This document shows, piece after piece, positions 1 to 12,853 of a stretch of DNA of 64,000 bases. The DNA lies in assembly GCA_047495785.1 (NCBI GenBank), contig JBLDXI010000055.1, positions 1,922,001 through 1,986,000 on the forward strand. The letters are read 5' to 3'. Origin of the DNA: Lepidodermella squamata (Eukaryota; Animalia; Gastrotricha). The notes under the pieces are model-generated. The model made no database searches and was not told where the DNA came from. It saw only the letters and a list, made by a program, of their open reading frames with translations. Both the position numbers and the translations under genes were made by a program. The first letter of the stretch is position 1, and each line of letters starts with the position of its first letter.

Positions 1-3000
1 GAAATCTGCCGCATTGTCGCTGCAATTTGATTTCGAATCTGATATCTTGCTCTACCAGCAATCGATGTCTGGTGCAGCATCAGTTCGCGATCTCGGGATC
101 TACTGGGGTGCCTACGATCACCTCAAAGCTGGCGATACAGACTATGCCCAGCGATTGCTGAAACCCATGACAGTTGATGTTAATATCAATGACAAGCCGA
201 ATGACAGCGGTCCCATTCAGCATGTGCGAAAGCTTAACATCACCAGCAGTGATATATCGCTGAGCGTAACGCCGCCTGCCATAAGGACAATATCAGTCGT
301 TTCGCGTGAACTCTCTGCCTTGGGTAGCCCGCCAGAAAGCGCTATGACGACTGCCAAGAGTTCGATGAATGTATCTGATTCATTATGGAATCATCGTCCA
401 CTGGACAGTTTTCGGTTGGAATTTCTACGCCGAACGGATTCTGCTCACGAGGCTTTGGATTTGCTCTTTGATAACGAGGCTGCTGCTGCTGCTGCCACAG
501 AGCCTGATCAGATATCCTCTGTCACTCTAATTCTTGCCGATCTTCCAAGCGTTACCGTCAAACTCAGCACAGGTTCCAAGCGTAAAATCGTGCCGCTGAT
601 CAAGTTGAGGAGCTCGGTTTCTGCGCAGGCATCGGCATTTTCTAATGGTGACCTGAACGCCGTGCTTCAATTCGATCTCGAAGTTGCATACTATAACGAT
701 CAACTGTACATTTGGGAACCGCTACTCGAGCCTGTTGAATGCACGGTCGCTGGACAGCCGACTCTGTACTATCCACCTACTGACGTGCAGCGGCATCGGA
801 GGGCTATATTCAACATTGAAATGACTCGTAATTCATCGAAGCAGTACACTGAAGCTGCCCTTCCGACTTCAACCTCTGTCGTGTCCAACATGGCCGACGC
901 AGCTGAAGACGAATTTGCGGCTGTCGTTGTTCCGAAACCGGTCACTTCAATCGTTATTCAGACCAGTGATATTTTGCAGCTTGTGGTCTCAAAAATTGGT
1001 CTTGGTGTGTTGACGGCCGTTGGCCAGGGCTTTAGCAAGGCTTATCGCGTCGAAGAGCTGTATAACACTGACCCGTCTGATGTAAAAGCCATGTTCCCCA
1101 TTATTTTGTACAACCATACGGACACGAAGTTTACTGTCAAACCCGACACTACTCTCGTCTGTGCACGCGTTTCTGGCCGCGAACAAACGTACAACTCGTC
1201 GACAGGCGCCCCTCGCCCACAACATATCATCCTGGGCTCATCGTCGTATGCAGCGCTCGACTACAACCACGTGGCCACCCTTGGGCGTAAACCAGTGCAG
1301 CAACAACAGTCGCTTCATCCTGGGCACAAGGCCTCCATGTCGATCGCTCAGAATAAGAACGCGTCAAAGCTACTGACCTACGAGGATCAGAGGTCATACA
1401 AGTTCACAATTTACGTGAGTGTTACGTCACATTTTACATTTAAACAGCTATTTATGATTTATTCTTTTTTATTCAGGCTGATGAATATCGATCAACCAAA
1501 GAGCTTATCGTGAACCGTGCCGATTCAGTGCTATACCGTGTAAACCCTGTTGGTAGCGACGTTTCTGCGTTGCCTCATGCGTTTGTGTGTCAAGTCACGG
1601 CATCTGAAGGCAACATGGTTGTCGAATTCACCAGCGTGGTGCGCGTTATTAACAACCTGCTTGAACCCCTCAACATCATGTGCCGTTTCTCGTCTTCGAA
1701 CTCTCTTGACTCAGTTCTCAGCTTACAGCCGGGAAAATGCGGTTATCTTCCACTGAAATCCATTTACTCGGCGAAAGGCGGGTTCTTTGTGAAACCTCTG
1801 AGTGATGACTATGAAGTTTCAGCGAATGCCATCGACCTCAATGTCAGGCAAAAACAAACAGTCGTTACTTGTCCTTCGAAGGAGAAAAATCGGCCTCCGC
1901 TACTTTTTGCTGTTAGTCCCATCCTTGTTACTATTGTCTATATTTACTATTTATAATATTCTAATTTCAAGGCCTACATCGAAGTTGTGAAAGTTGAGGC
2001 AGAGAAGCAAGCCGGCTATGTGTTGGACAAAGAGGACACTTTCCATCTACATATCAATCCGGTCATCACCGTGAAAAACCTGCTTCCGTTTTCTATCATT
2101 GTCGCCGACGTGGTATGTCATAAGTATTATAGAAATTGAGAATATTCTATCTTATTAACACTCGTTAAAACTCTCGGTTTAGTTATTGATCCCCGAGATG
2201 CTGCAAATACTACGCGGGCATATGCGCTAATGAACGGCCGAAAATAATCGAAAACTAAGCTTCAATTAGAAAGAGGGCTTATACAAGTAGATTTTGACTT
2301 TTCGTTGCACTCATTCTAAGTCAATTCGAGTTTGGGTTTGTAGCAAGGGCTTTGCATACCAGACCCGGTTACTATTAGAGGGTGGGGTTATGAAACTAGA
2401 ACAGCATCTAAACGAATTTGGTTTGTAATTCAAGGATTATGTATATGATCGGCTCAGTGGAAACCGTGATATAATTTGTATTCGCTTTCGCTTCTAGCAC
2501 CAGAGTGATGCAGCCAATGCCCCTTCCTACAACGTTGAAGCCGGGCGTCAGCAAGCTTTGCGTCATTGTTCGATTCCGAACTCAACGTTTCTCATAAAGG
2601 TTTGCATGAGCATTTTAGGAATATTTCCTGATTTTCATTTTATCCTTATTCCAGTTGCCGTCATACAGCGGCGAAGCTTGGTCATCCACTTTCAAAGTCG
2701 GCACTATTTGCGTGACAAAAAATACCTTCGTAACCTTCGAATCGGCGTCTGGACAAAAGCTTGATTTGGCGTTCTTCATGCACGCCGAAAATGGAGCAGT
2801 GGTTTTATCGCTTTATTCGCCTTACTGGTTCGTCAACCGAACTGGAATGACTCTTATGTACAAAGTAAGTCGCCGGTTCTCTCGGTGAATTATGATGTTT
2901 GAATATGACATCTCTTTTAGATGTTGGATCCTGACACAACATTCGAGCACGGTGAATCAGGCGATGCGCCTCGTCTTGTATCTGCCACATTCAAGAGCTC

Positions 3001-6000
3001 GACGAATAAGCGCAAAGTAAGCTCTCTCAGTTTGTTGCATTTTTCACAGATTGCATGACTTGATGAATTGAAGGTTCAACTAAAAGTTGGAGATAGCGAG
3101 TGGTCGGATAAGTTTTCCATTGACACTATCGGATCAGCTGGCACGGTTGTTTGCAAATTCCGAGGACTGTACTCCTACAACGTGAGTTCTGCCAACGGAT
3201 TTATACTTTTATTATAAACATTGGGTTGGTGAAATCTTATTGCCTGTCCCCTCTTGCGATACATCTTCTGGGCCTGGGCGTTTTGTTTTTTCGATAGCTT
3301 GACTTTCGAGTGGGCATCCCGGTGGATTTATTTTCCCTATCATATTAATCCTATCACCTGTGTCGCGATCTTGCTCTTAGGGCAGCTTTTCTTATCATTT
3401 GTGCTTAAGTCTCTGTTATACTCATGTGATGAACTCACAGGGCGATCACAGGACCGCTAGTCCCGTGTCGGAGGCGGCCACGCAACCACTGCTGACTCGT
3501 CGTCGTGAGAAAAAGAAACGGCGATCACTGTTTTCATGTTGTAGCAGCGAAGAGCCACCTTTACAAGTGCAAAAGCGCATGGTTGGCATCATATTATTAT
3601 TCTCATTTATGGTTTTCCAATCATTAATAATTTTTCACATGGCTTTGGCTACATTTCGCACGTTTTCTGTTTCCGACTTGCGTCATTGTCTATCTCGCAC
3701 GCCTGGAATTAATATTGTAACCGTATTGTTTCAAGCTACCCGCGCTAATTTCATATCCTGTATTAATTTGCTGCTTTCCAGTCGGTTCCATTAATTGATC
3801 TCCTAATAACTGGGTTTTGGGGCAGAAGTAATGTCGAGATATCATTGAGAATCATGGCTGGAGGGTTTACGGGTAGGAAAAGTGGGATGGGTCAAAAGAA
3901 TTTCCTGAATAGATCATTACATGACAGCAATAATAATGGGCTAAATCCTTCCAAGCTTAACGCGTTGCTTCTGGCGCACTTAATCGGCACAATATTTTGT
4001 CGTTATTAGAAACAACATTTTTGAGTTCATCATTCTATTTTATTTTATTAATTTTTCAGGTGGGTTTGAAAATTGTGCTTGCAAGTTGCAAATTGACCAA
4101 GATCATCACTCTGACTCCGTTTTTTTTTCTGGTCAACAAGTGTCCGGTACGTATCAATGATAGTATTTCTCTCGGCGTTTGATGCATTGTCAATTTTTAG
4201 TTCGAAATTCAATGCAAAGAGACCGTGGAAAGCTCGAAGATTTACACACTCCGACGTGATCAATGTGAAGCACTCTGGCCGATGGAAACTGATGTAAACA
4301 AGCAGCGCATGGTTCTCACAGTACGCGAAACAGGTCAAAGGAGTGTTCCTTTCCCTTTTGCGCTCCAAGATAGCATGCTGCTAAAATTTGACGCTCCGAT
4401 ATACGGCGTCAACGTCGCATGTTATGTTTCCGATGGTGCCATTCACATCACATTCGAGCCCTACTCCGATGGCCTCGCTCCGGTTCTGATTGCTAACCAT
4501 ACGCATCGCATGCAGCTGGAAATTTTCCAGGAGAAAACTCAAAGCCACGAACTTGTCGACGCCATGAATGTATGATTCTCTCTGAGATACATTTATTAGC
4601 TTGATAATTTGACTTCTTGTTTACAGGGCGTTCTGTTCACATGGCCCGATCCAGCTCTTGACAAGAACCTCCTTTTTGCGCCTTACGACATCGGGCGGCG
4701 CATTTGTGTCAAACCCAGTGCCATTTCAAAGGCTCTGTCGTTAACCAAGTCACCTACGATGTCTGCTTCGAATTCGTCATCCTCAGTATGTACTGACCTG
4801 CCACCCGCGACGAAATACCACTCCACCGACGTCACGAAAGACGGAGCTGGCTCGTTCCAATCTGACCCTGACACTAAAGTCTACTGGGTTTCTTTCTTGC
4901 ACAAAAAGCAGCGAGTGCTGTTGTTCACTGAAGACTCAGATCTGGCATCGCGAATCGGTGGCAGTCAGGGTGCTCTTGAACAGAAAAGCCTCGACGTCAC
5001 TTTGAAAATTGCGGCTGTCGGTCTATCACTCGTTGACAACCTACGCAGGACCGAGCTGGTTTACGCAGCAATTACACCGTCTGCTATAGAATGGCAATAC
5101 CAGCGCAAACGCAGTTTCAAGCCGTTTTCGGCTCGAGAGAACGCCCTGCTTGAAAGCGCTTTCAATCAGTACGAGATGAAGAAGGTCGCCGAACCAGCTG
5201 AGGCGGCCAAACTGGGCAGACTATCGCTCGATAACGGCAAATTGGAGGTGGATTTCAACCAACTCTGCATCTTCAAAGGTGACACACGAGTGAACATTCG
5301 CCGAATGTGTCTAGATGGCATCTGGCTGAGTGCCGGCTTCTCAGAATTCCACTCACAAGTACACTTCAAGCTGAATCGCATTCAAATCGACAATCAAACA
5401 CCAGACGCTCGGTATCAAACTGCTCTAGTGCCAGTTCCGCCTCCAAAATCAGTAGCTGCGGATAGTGCCAATCCGAAACCTTTCATTGAACTATCATTGC
5501 TGCTTCAAAAACAAGCTGATGCACAGATGCTGTTGTTCAAGTACTGCAAAGTTCTTATCCAGGAAATGTCTCTCCAAGTAGATTTACCTTTCATTTTGCA
5601 ACTCGCCTCCTTCTTCATGGGTTCTAACGTTTCGATTGATGAAGAATTTGAGCTGTTCAAACGTGACATTGAGTACACTCGCCTTCCGCTTGAGAAAACA
5701 GATCTTGGCCCTGAACTGTCAGGCGGGCAGAAACACTTTTTCGAACTGCTGCACGTATCGCCTCTCAAGTTGCATTTGAGCTTTTCGCCGCAGAATGCGG
5801 GAGGCACAGATGACATGTCTGCTGCTCTCGGTGACGTCGGTGCGTTCTTCTTGAGCTCCTTCGGAATCTTGTCCGGAGACGTTACTGACGCTATTTTCCG
5901 CCTTGGTTATTACCAACAGAACTCCATGCTTTTGACGGTGCCGCAGTTGATGACTAGCATTCAAAGCCATTACACACAACAGGCATTGAAGCAATTCTTC

Positions 6001-6963
6001 AATGTACTTCTTGGATTCGATGTCCTCGGCAACCCGGTAGGCGTCTTGCGTGGCTTTGCTTCTGGTGTGGAGACGCTTTTCTACGAACCGTGGCAAGGCG
6101 CTATCCAGGGCCCCGAAGAGTTGGCTATGGGCGTCGCTATTGGACTTCAACAATTTTTCGGAAAAACTGTCGGCGGCGTGACCGGCGCTTTGTCGAAAAT
6201 GACTGGAACTATTGGTCAGGGTTTCGCCAAGTTGACATTCGATGACGATTATCAACGTGCGCGCAAAACTGATCGACAGCAAGCGAAGACGGTTGGTCAG
6301 AGTTTGGCTTTCGGGGGCCAGCAACTGGTATTTGGGCTCTTTGATGGTGTTACGGGAATAGTTCGAAAACCGATGGAGGGTGCTCAGAAGGAAGGCGTTG
6401 AAGGCTTTTTCAAAGGCCTCGGTGTTGGGCTTGTTGGTGTGGTCACTCGACCTACTGGCGGGGTCATTGATTTCGCGTCGACGGGACTTGATACAATCCG
6501 CCGCGTAGCCGATTCTTCGGAAGAGGCCAAGAGACTCCGCCCTCCGCGTCTCATACTCTGGGATGGCATCATTAGGCCATTTTTGTCTGCCGAAGCAGAA
6601 GCTAATAGCATTCTTTTGCGAGTTGAGAAAGGCAAGTTCAAGGCTGACATTTACGCTGGGCATTTGCTGGTGTCAAAAGACGCAAAGCGACTGCTGATAA
6701 TCACGGAGAAAGCCATTTTGGGCCTCTCGCGCTCTGACATGCTGAATTCGTGGGATGTCGATTTTGTAAACGCCTGGAACGAGCTACGAGACCTACCAAC
6801 CCTGAAAGATGAAGGCATTGTGGTGCCTCTCAAGGAGCGTCAGAAGCGTCTCGGTTTCTTCACGAGCCAGCCGATGTCGCGTGTCGTTCAGGTCACCTGT
6901 GACCGCAAATTAGCCGAAGAATTTGTCACGCGAATGCAGGAAACAAAAACACACGTCGCTTGA
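1..6963 (+). CDS. VPS13: VPS13A/C-type bridge-like lipid transfer protein, 3' part (multi-exon, 5' end outside window)
   Basis: ORFs 14..1513, 1510..1956, 2655..2888, 4225..4575 and 4609..6963 join through GT-AG introns (e.g. 1415..1476, 2113..2497, 3182..4059). Motifs: WEPLLEP; VAB/SHR-BD repeats (LYSPYWFVNRTGMTLMY; WSDKFSIDTIGSAG); IQIDNQ; ATG2_C-like GAQKEGVEGFFKGLGVGLVGVVTRPTGG; C-terminal PH-like region. Confidence 0.96.
3441..3581 (+). other. Candidate 141-nt in-frame cassette exon of VPS13
   Basis: ctcacag|GGCGAT...CGCATG|gttggc. It is 47 codons, phase 0/0 like the flanking exons, stop-free, and lies in an unusually long 878-nt intron. Confidence 0.65.
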
Positions 6964-8137
6964 GAAAACGGTGCTCCATCAACATTCTATTATGTTGTAG
7001 ATAAAACTACAACAATTAAAACTACTATATAATTGATATTAACTGCTCTGTATCATTTTTCTGTCTGCTTTCGCAACTTTCATCGTGAGTGCCTTCTTTT
7101 CAAGTTCTTCCGATGAGCGATTTTATTGTCTATGATAATTCAGTCAAATCAACCCTGTTCAATGCATATTCGTCAACGATTGACAGTATCGAGTATTTTT
7201 GGTTATGCAAATCCCAAAACTTTATAAGTGATGTTTGATACGTGAGAACTCGTGGAGCATGTAATTGTTGATGTGTCCCAGAAACAAACAACGAATGCTT
7301 TCTTTTTTGCTAAAAATCAGCTGTTGTTTGTTTTGCTTTGCTCATATCTGTGGAAGTATTCCCCCAGTATGATTTTTTTCTTCCGCTACAAAGTAGTTGT
7401 TCGCCTTTGATTGATCTGTCTGACTGAACCTATTTGTTGTAAAATTTAAGAAGTGTCGTTTTCCTCCTTTTGCAACCGATTTCTGACTACAAATATGAAT
7501 TGAATGATTATTTTGAGAATATCACTTAACAGCTGCACTGATATCGTCCATTGCTGCAGATTCTTATATCCAAGAATGCGTGTCACTGGTTGCGGGTTGT
7601 AGTTGTGTGCATCTATTGATTGTGTTGATATTTTTTGAAAGAAGATTGAGCAATAAAGTATTTTCACCTTAACGGCTGGCCTTTTTCCATTTCAATCGCT
7701 ATTATATTGCGGTGATCGTACATGACTACTCATCAGTGTCTAATCGAGTAGTAGTAATTGAAGGTAAATTTACTCTGATTGGATGAAGCGTGTCCCCGAT
7801 CAAGAAGGAAAAAATTCCTAGCGGAGGCTGTCGAGGGAATGTCAAAAATGTAACTTCCGACCGAGCAGTGCGCTTTGAATTTCTACAATGCCCTCAAGTG
7901 GTAATATTCAAGTAAATTTTACACTTGCCAATCAATCCATTACAGCAGGCTAGATACATATGCTGCTTTGGGAGGGAAGCTTTGGGATCTTACGCAAAAA
8001 TGAGAAATCAAAAACGAAAATTGTGTTTTATTGTTGTCTTTAAATTATAACCACATGCTTTGCGTCGGGAAAGTATCGAATAAACTTTGAAAGTAATACG
8101 GATTATTCCGTAATAAGAATATACATATGATGTTCAA

Positions 8138-11100
8138 TCAAATTTTGCGCTGGTTGATGCGATTCTGAAGAATAGCGACAATTGACGATAAGTTCTGCTG
8201 TTTCGCCATATCCAAAGCAGTATGACCATGCTTGTCCTTGGCATCCAATAGCCTGTCACCGACAACAGTCAGAAGACGAGTGACAACTTCATCGTGGTTG
8301 AAATATGAAGCCAGGTGTAACGAGCTCACTATACGAAGGTTCAGGAAAAGATGCAACAGATAAACTCCCAAGTTAAAGATTTACCTCCATGTTCGTAATC
8401 ACGAGCTAGCGGATCCGCGCCTTTGCTGAGCAAATAGTCGACGATTTCAAGATTGCCGCGGGTACAGGCTAGGAGGAGAGGTGTGCGGCCCAGTTCACCA
8501 CGAGCTTCCACGTCAGCCTTTTTCTCGTCTACCAAGTACTTGACGATTTCGAGCTCTCCGCCAAAAACTGCGCGATGAATCGGCTCATCGTTGATTCGGT
8601 TTTTAGCGTGAAGAAGTTCCGGAGCGTAAGCCAGCAAGACTTTAACGACTTCCAAGTGCCCGAAACGTGCAGCGAGATGAAGGGCGGATGATTCAAATTC
8701 AGAGTCTTTGGCAAAAACGTTAGCTCCCTGTAATGAAAAGATTCAAGTTACTTGTTAGCAATGGTCTAAATTACGTCAGATTCACCTTTTTCATCAAAAC
8801 TTCTACAACGCGAAGTTGGCCTGCTGTAGCTGCGGCTAGGATTGGAGTACGACCAATGAAACCTGCCGATTCAATTAAAGCCGGCTTTTCACTGATGATG
8901 AGTTCTACGATGCGCTCATGGCCAGCGACAGCCGCCAAGTGGATGGGAGCGTCCTGGTTGGCAATGCGTGCGTCGATAAGCTCCGGCTTCAAGCGAACGA
9001 GCGTTGAAAAAACCTCGGCGTAACCAAGTTGCGCAGCCATGTGAACTGCCATAACCTGCTTGTCGCCAAACGAACTCCAAGAATGAAGGCTAGCTCCCTT
9101 TTTCGCCAGGTATTCAACTGCCTCAGGCCGATTGTGCGCAACGGCGGCGAGAAGCGGCGTACGCCCAGCGGCGCCTATGCTTTCGATATCAGCACGGCGG
9201 CTGACCACGAGCATGTCGAGCACACGGAGCTGGTCATCGTGGATCGCCGCAGCGTGAATAGGTTCATCTCCGTTTGCGTCTTTGACAGCTATCAACTCCG
9301 GCTTGACGGACAGTAGGTATGGGACGAGTTCACGATGACCGTGGCGCGCAACCAGATGCAAGGCCGAAGCTCCCGCATCGCCTCCTTCCGAACTGCTGCG
9401 CGCAAGGATATCAGCGTTGGCCTTCTCGATCAAATAGCGGACAGCAGCCGGTTCCCCGTTAGCAATGGCAGCGAGCAAAGGTGTGCGACCTGCAAATCCC
9501 CCAGCTTCGACGTGCACTTTTTTAGCGGTGCTGAGCAGCGAAATTACTGAGACTTTGCCGCTAGCGGCCGCAACGTGAAGAGGAAGATCGCCCTGTCCGG
9601 TACGAGCATCAATCAATTCAGGCTTCAAGCTAAGCAAATACGAGACCAGGTTAGCATTTCCCGACATCGCTGCAAGATGAATGGCTTCAAATTCCGCGTC
9701 GTTTCGAGCGCGCAAGTTGGCATTTTTCTTCGAGATCAGATGCTGCACAACTCGCATGTTACCCGAAGTTGCCGCTGCCATGAGTGGGGTTGAACCCTGG
9801 CCATCGCGAGCTTCGACAAGATCAGGGCGCAAGTTGGTCAAGTAGTCGACGACGCTGACGTGGCCCGTGCCGTGAACAGCAGCCAAATGAACGGCGGTGG
9901 CATCCTTATCGCTATCACGTGCGTACAAATTGGCTCCTTTGTTCGCGAGCAGTTCGACTACTGGAACATTTCCATGATAGGCAGCTTCGAGCAGCGGCGT
10001 GCGGCCCAAGTGATTCCGTACTTCAATGAGCTGATCGCGGTTAACGTCTAAAAAGTATCCGACAACGTCGATATGGCCCCACTGCGCAGCCAAATGAATG
10101 GCCGTGTCACCGTTCTGATCCCGATCTGAGATTGTAGTAGAATCACCGCATACACTTTTCGCCAATAATTTAGCGCCCTTCTTTGTTAGCAGCTGAACCA
10201 TAGCTAGCTTTCCATTGCCTGCAGCGCGTTGTAGCGGCGTCTGATTGCAATAACCACGCGATTCCATCGAGGATGCCTTTTGGCTGATGATCCATTCAAC
10301 GACGGGCCAATGACCGGAAAATGCCGCTACATGAATCGGAAAGTCGCTGTGTGAATTGCGTTCCTCGAGGCCCATGCCATACTCCTTGACCAGAAGTTTG
10401 ATAACGTTGAGCTTGCCAGCGCGAGCTGCCCTGTGCATTGGTCGATCTCCCGCGGCGTTCGTCAAGTCTTCAGCCCAAATACTGTCATCCAGCAACATCA
10501 GCTGGCCAGCCTCGCGATTGCCCAGAATTGCCCGAACAGCAGCGACGTCGCCGCTCTCGCAGGCTGTCAAAAAATGCTTCGCCTAAACAGATAGCGCAAT
10601 TCATATCGGGTTGCTTTGAGCAGCAAATAGCCAACAGCCAACTTACACTTATTGAGCCGGCGTGCCGACTGGCCTCTGGTTTAGCGACTGTATCTTCAGG
10701 GTCTTCGATGTCATCTTCTTCCTGTTCCGGTGACTCTATCTCAACTTTCTTCTTCAAAATTGAAAATATTATTCAAGCTTTGTGATTGTGTGAAATCTGC
10801 CACAATTACCGTGATCTTCGGATTTTTGCGAATAAATTCCTGGTCGGCGGCACGCCGGACGACGCGCTGAGCGACTTTAGAGACCGAATCCTGGTAATAA
10901 TCGGGTCCTAGGTATATCGTTTAGAAAGCTTCATAATAATTTATGCGCCAAAATATTAGCAAAATTACGGATATTGACTGCATATAAGAATAACAGCGAA
11001 ATCGGAACAGCTGCAAGTAGAAAGTAAACCCAAAAGTCCTTCGACTTCTCAGTAGCTCTGAAATGGCGCTGAAATTGGAAAAGGATGCGTTGTATTGGTA

Positions 11101-11701
11101 GAAGAAGTGAGCGAATCACAATGGCTAACATGATGTTTTAACGCCAACTTGGAAGGAGCCGAGATAGCTTCTCCCAACTGGACGATCTCTTTTGAATTGT
11201 CATCAAGAGACTCATGAGCAGCGTCGAGAACCGTATTCGCGCGGAGTATATCGTGGCGACGACGAAGGCAGGCGTCATCCTCGTCATCTGAAACTGCGGA
11301 AAGAAACAAGTTTTCATTAAGTATAACTGAGTTGGTTAAGCGAAAATCTCAACGATAATTTCAACTTTCAACTCTCAATGGCATAAAATATAACGGATTT
11401 GTAAGAGGATTGTGAACAATAAAAATGCTGTTCACAGCGGAGGTGGGTGAATAATTCTAGTTTTCCTGCCTTCTCTCTCCTCGAAACCCGTATTTCTTAT
11501 AAAATCTCAACTTCGCTTACTCTGTCGCGAAACAAAATTCGGACTTGGCTCAGGCGTAAGCATGCAAGGCGGGGCAAGTTGGCTGTCGACGCCGAGAAGG
11601 CGCGTCTTGATTGGAGCATCGTCATGTCGTTCGTCGTGTTCGAAGCTTTCGTCCAACCTCTTGTTGTAAAATTTCATGCGGCCCGGATTCAGCGCTTGCA
11701 T
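8138..11701 (-). CDS. Single-pass membrane protein with about 20+ ankyrin repeats (multi-exon)
   Basis: Hand-spliced exons, approximately 11701-11520, 11293-11130, 11069-10970, 10907-10810, 10752-10646, 10582-8786, 8727-8385 and 8328-8138, keep one frame. Acidic N-terminus, hydrophobic FWVYFLLAAVPISLLFLYAVNI, then canonical ANK repeats (GRTPLLxA, TAIHLAAxxGH). The start codon is uncertain. Confidence 0.85.
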
Positions 11702-12853
11702 CTTTCAGTGAGTGCAACAATAGAATAAAATTAGGATAAAACGCTACCGTTGATTATTTGTCGTGTTTTAAAATTGAATTCGTAAAATCGATGAGACTTA
11801 GCACATGCTGCTGATCGCGTGGCAATGTGCTTCCCGCCTTTTCGCCATTGGACGCACACGCTTCCATTCTTCAGCACGCGTCTGAGAAACTGGCCAATAA
11901 TTCCACTATTCTCCTTCAATTTTCAGGCACTTCGAGATAGTTCTATGTTCAGGCATTACAAAAATAAAGAGCATCTCCTGGAATCGGCTTATCGTTTAGT
12001 AGGTCAATCCACTATGCAGTGTGCACTTTACTCAGGCTCGACTGCACAAGAGATTTTATTTGGCGTCCAAGTAAAAATAACATCGCTCACTTCATAACTC
12101 ATTACTCAGATTCAGGGTAAGCCGAATTCGGTAAAATATTACAAATCGCATACCGTTGCATAAAAATTACCAATTCCATCGAATTCATCCAAGTCACAAT
12201 ATATTGGAAGCTGACGGGTGACCCAGTTTTGGCAAGGGCAAATTTGCGAACAATTATTGGTTTGTAGCTACCATTTGGAACTGCCGTAATCCAGCATGGT
12301 ATTTATTATTTTCAAATGGTCCAGCCAGCGACCGGGTTCATTGAGAAGCGTTCAAAAAGAGGGTCTCAAAACCAGCCACCATTTTTCTACCTTCGATGTT
12401 ATTTTGTTTCTGCCTGTTGTCATTTTCGGGCACGTCGTTACCACATATACGCAACCCTCGCTCGGAAATTGAACCTAATTCCGAGAACAAGTTGCGTAAT
12501 CATTTGTTACTTGTTTCTCATTTTTATCATTTGTGGGCTTTGGTGAAGTTTTGAAATCGGGACATTTGGCAACTTTTTCAGTGATTTGCTTACAGCTACG
12601 CTGATTGGCTCTTCCTTTTCGAAAGGTTGACTCGGCTTGACTACGACCGATATGTCTAGCAAACCAGTCATATTGCAACCTTTTAAACTATCCAAATCAT
12701 ATCGATCATAAAACCGGTAAACCAAAAATGCCAATAGCTTTTTATCTCATGTTTACTATCCACGTCGTGCAAATACTTGCGAAATAAAACCAGTGAAAAA
12801 AGATATTTTATGTTTCAAGTGTGATAAAACAATGGCGAGCAGCAGAATTCAGT

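Noticed and set aside
5719-6663. 314-aa antisense ORF within VPS13 (and similar shadows in PWWP, SHANK, DCC)
   Set aside because: Antisense shadow of a real CDS with no independent motifs.
10931-11131. ORF resembling a mitochondrial presequence (MLAIVIRSLLLP...)
   Set aside because: Its N-terminal part is better explained as a ~60-nt gttag...ttcag intron of the ankyrin gene.
11650-11701. MKFYNKRL resembling LEM-domain helix 2
   Set aside because: No first helix or GPI-T motif could be found in frame upstream.
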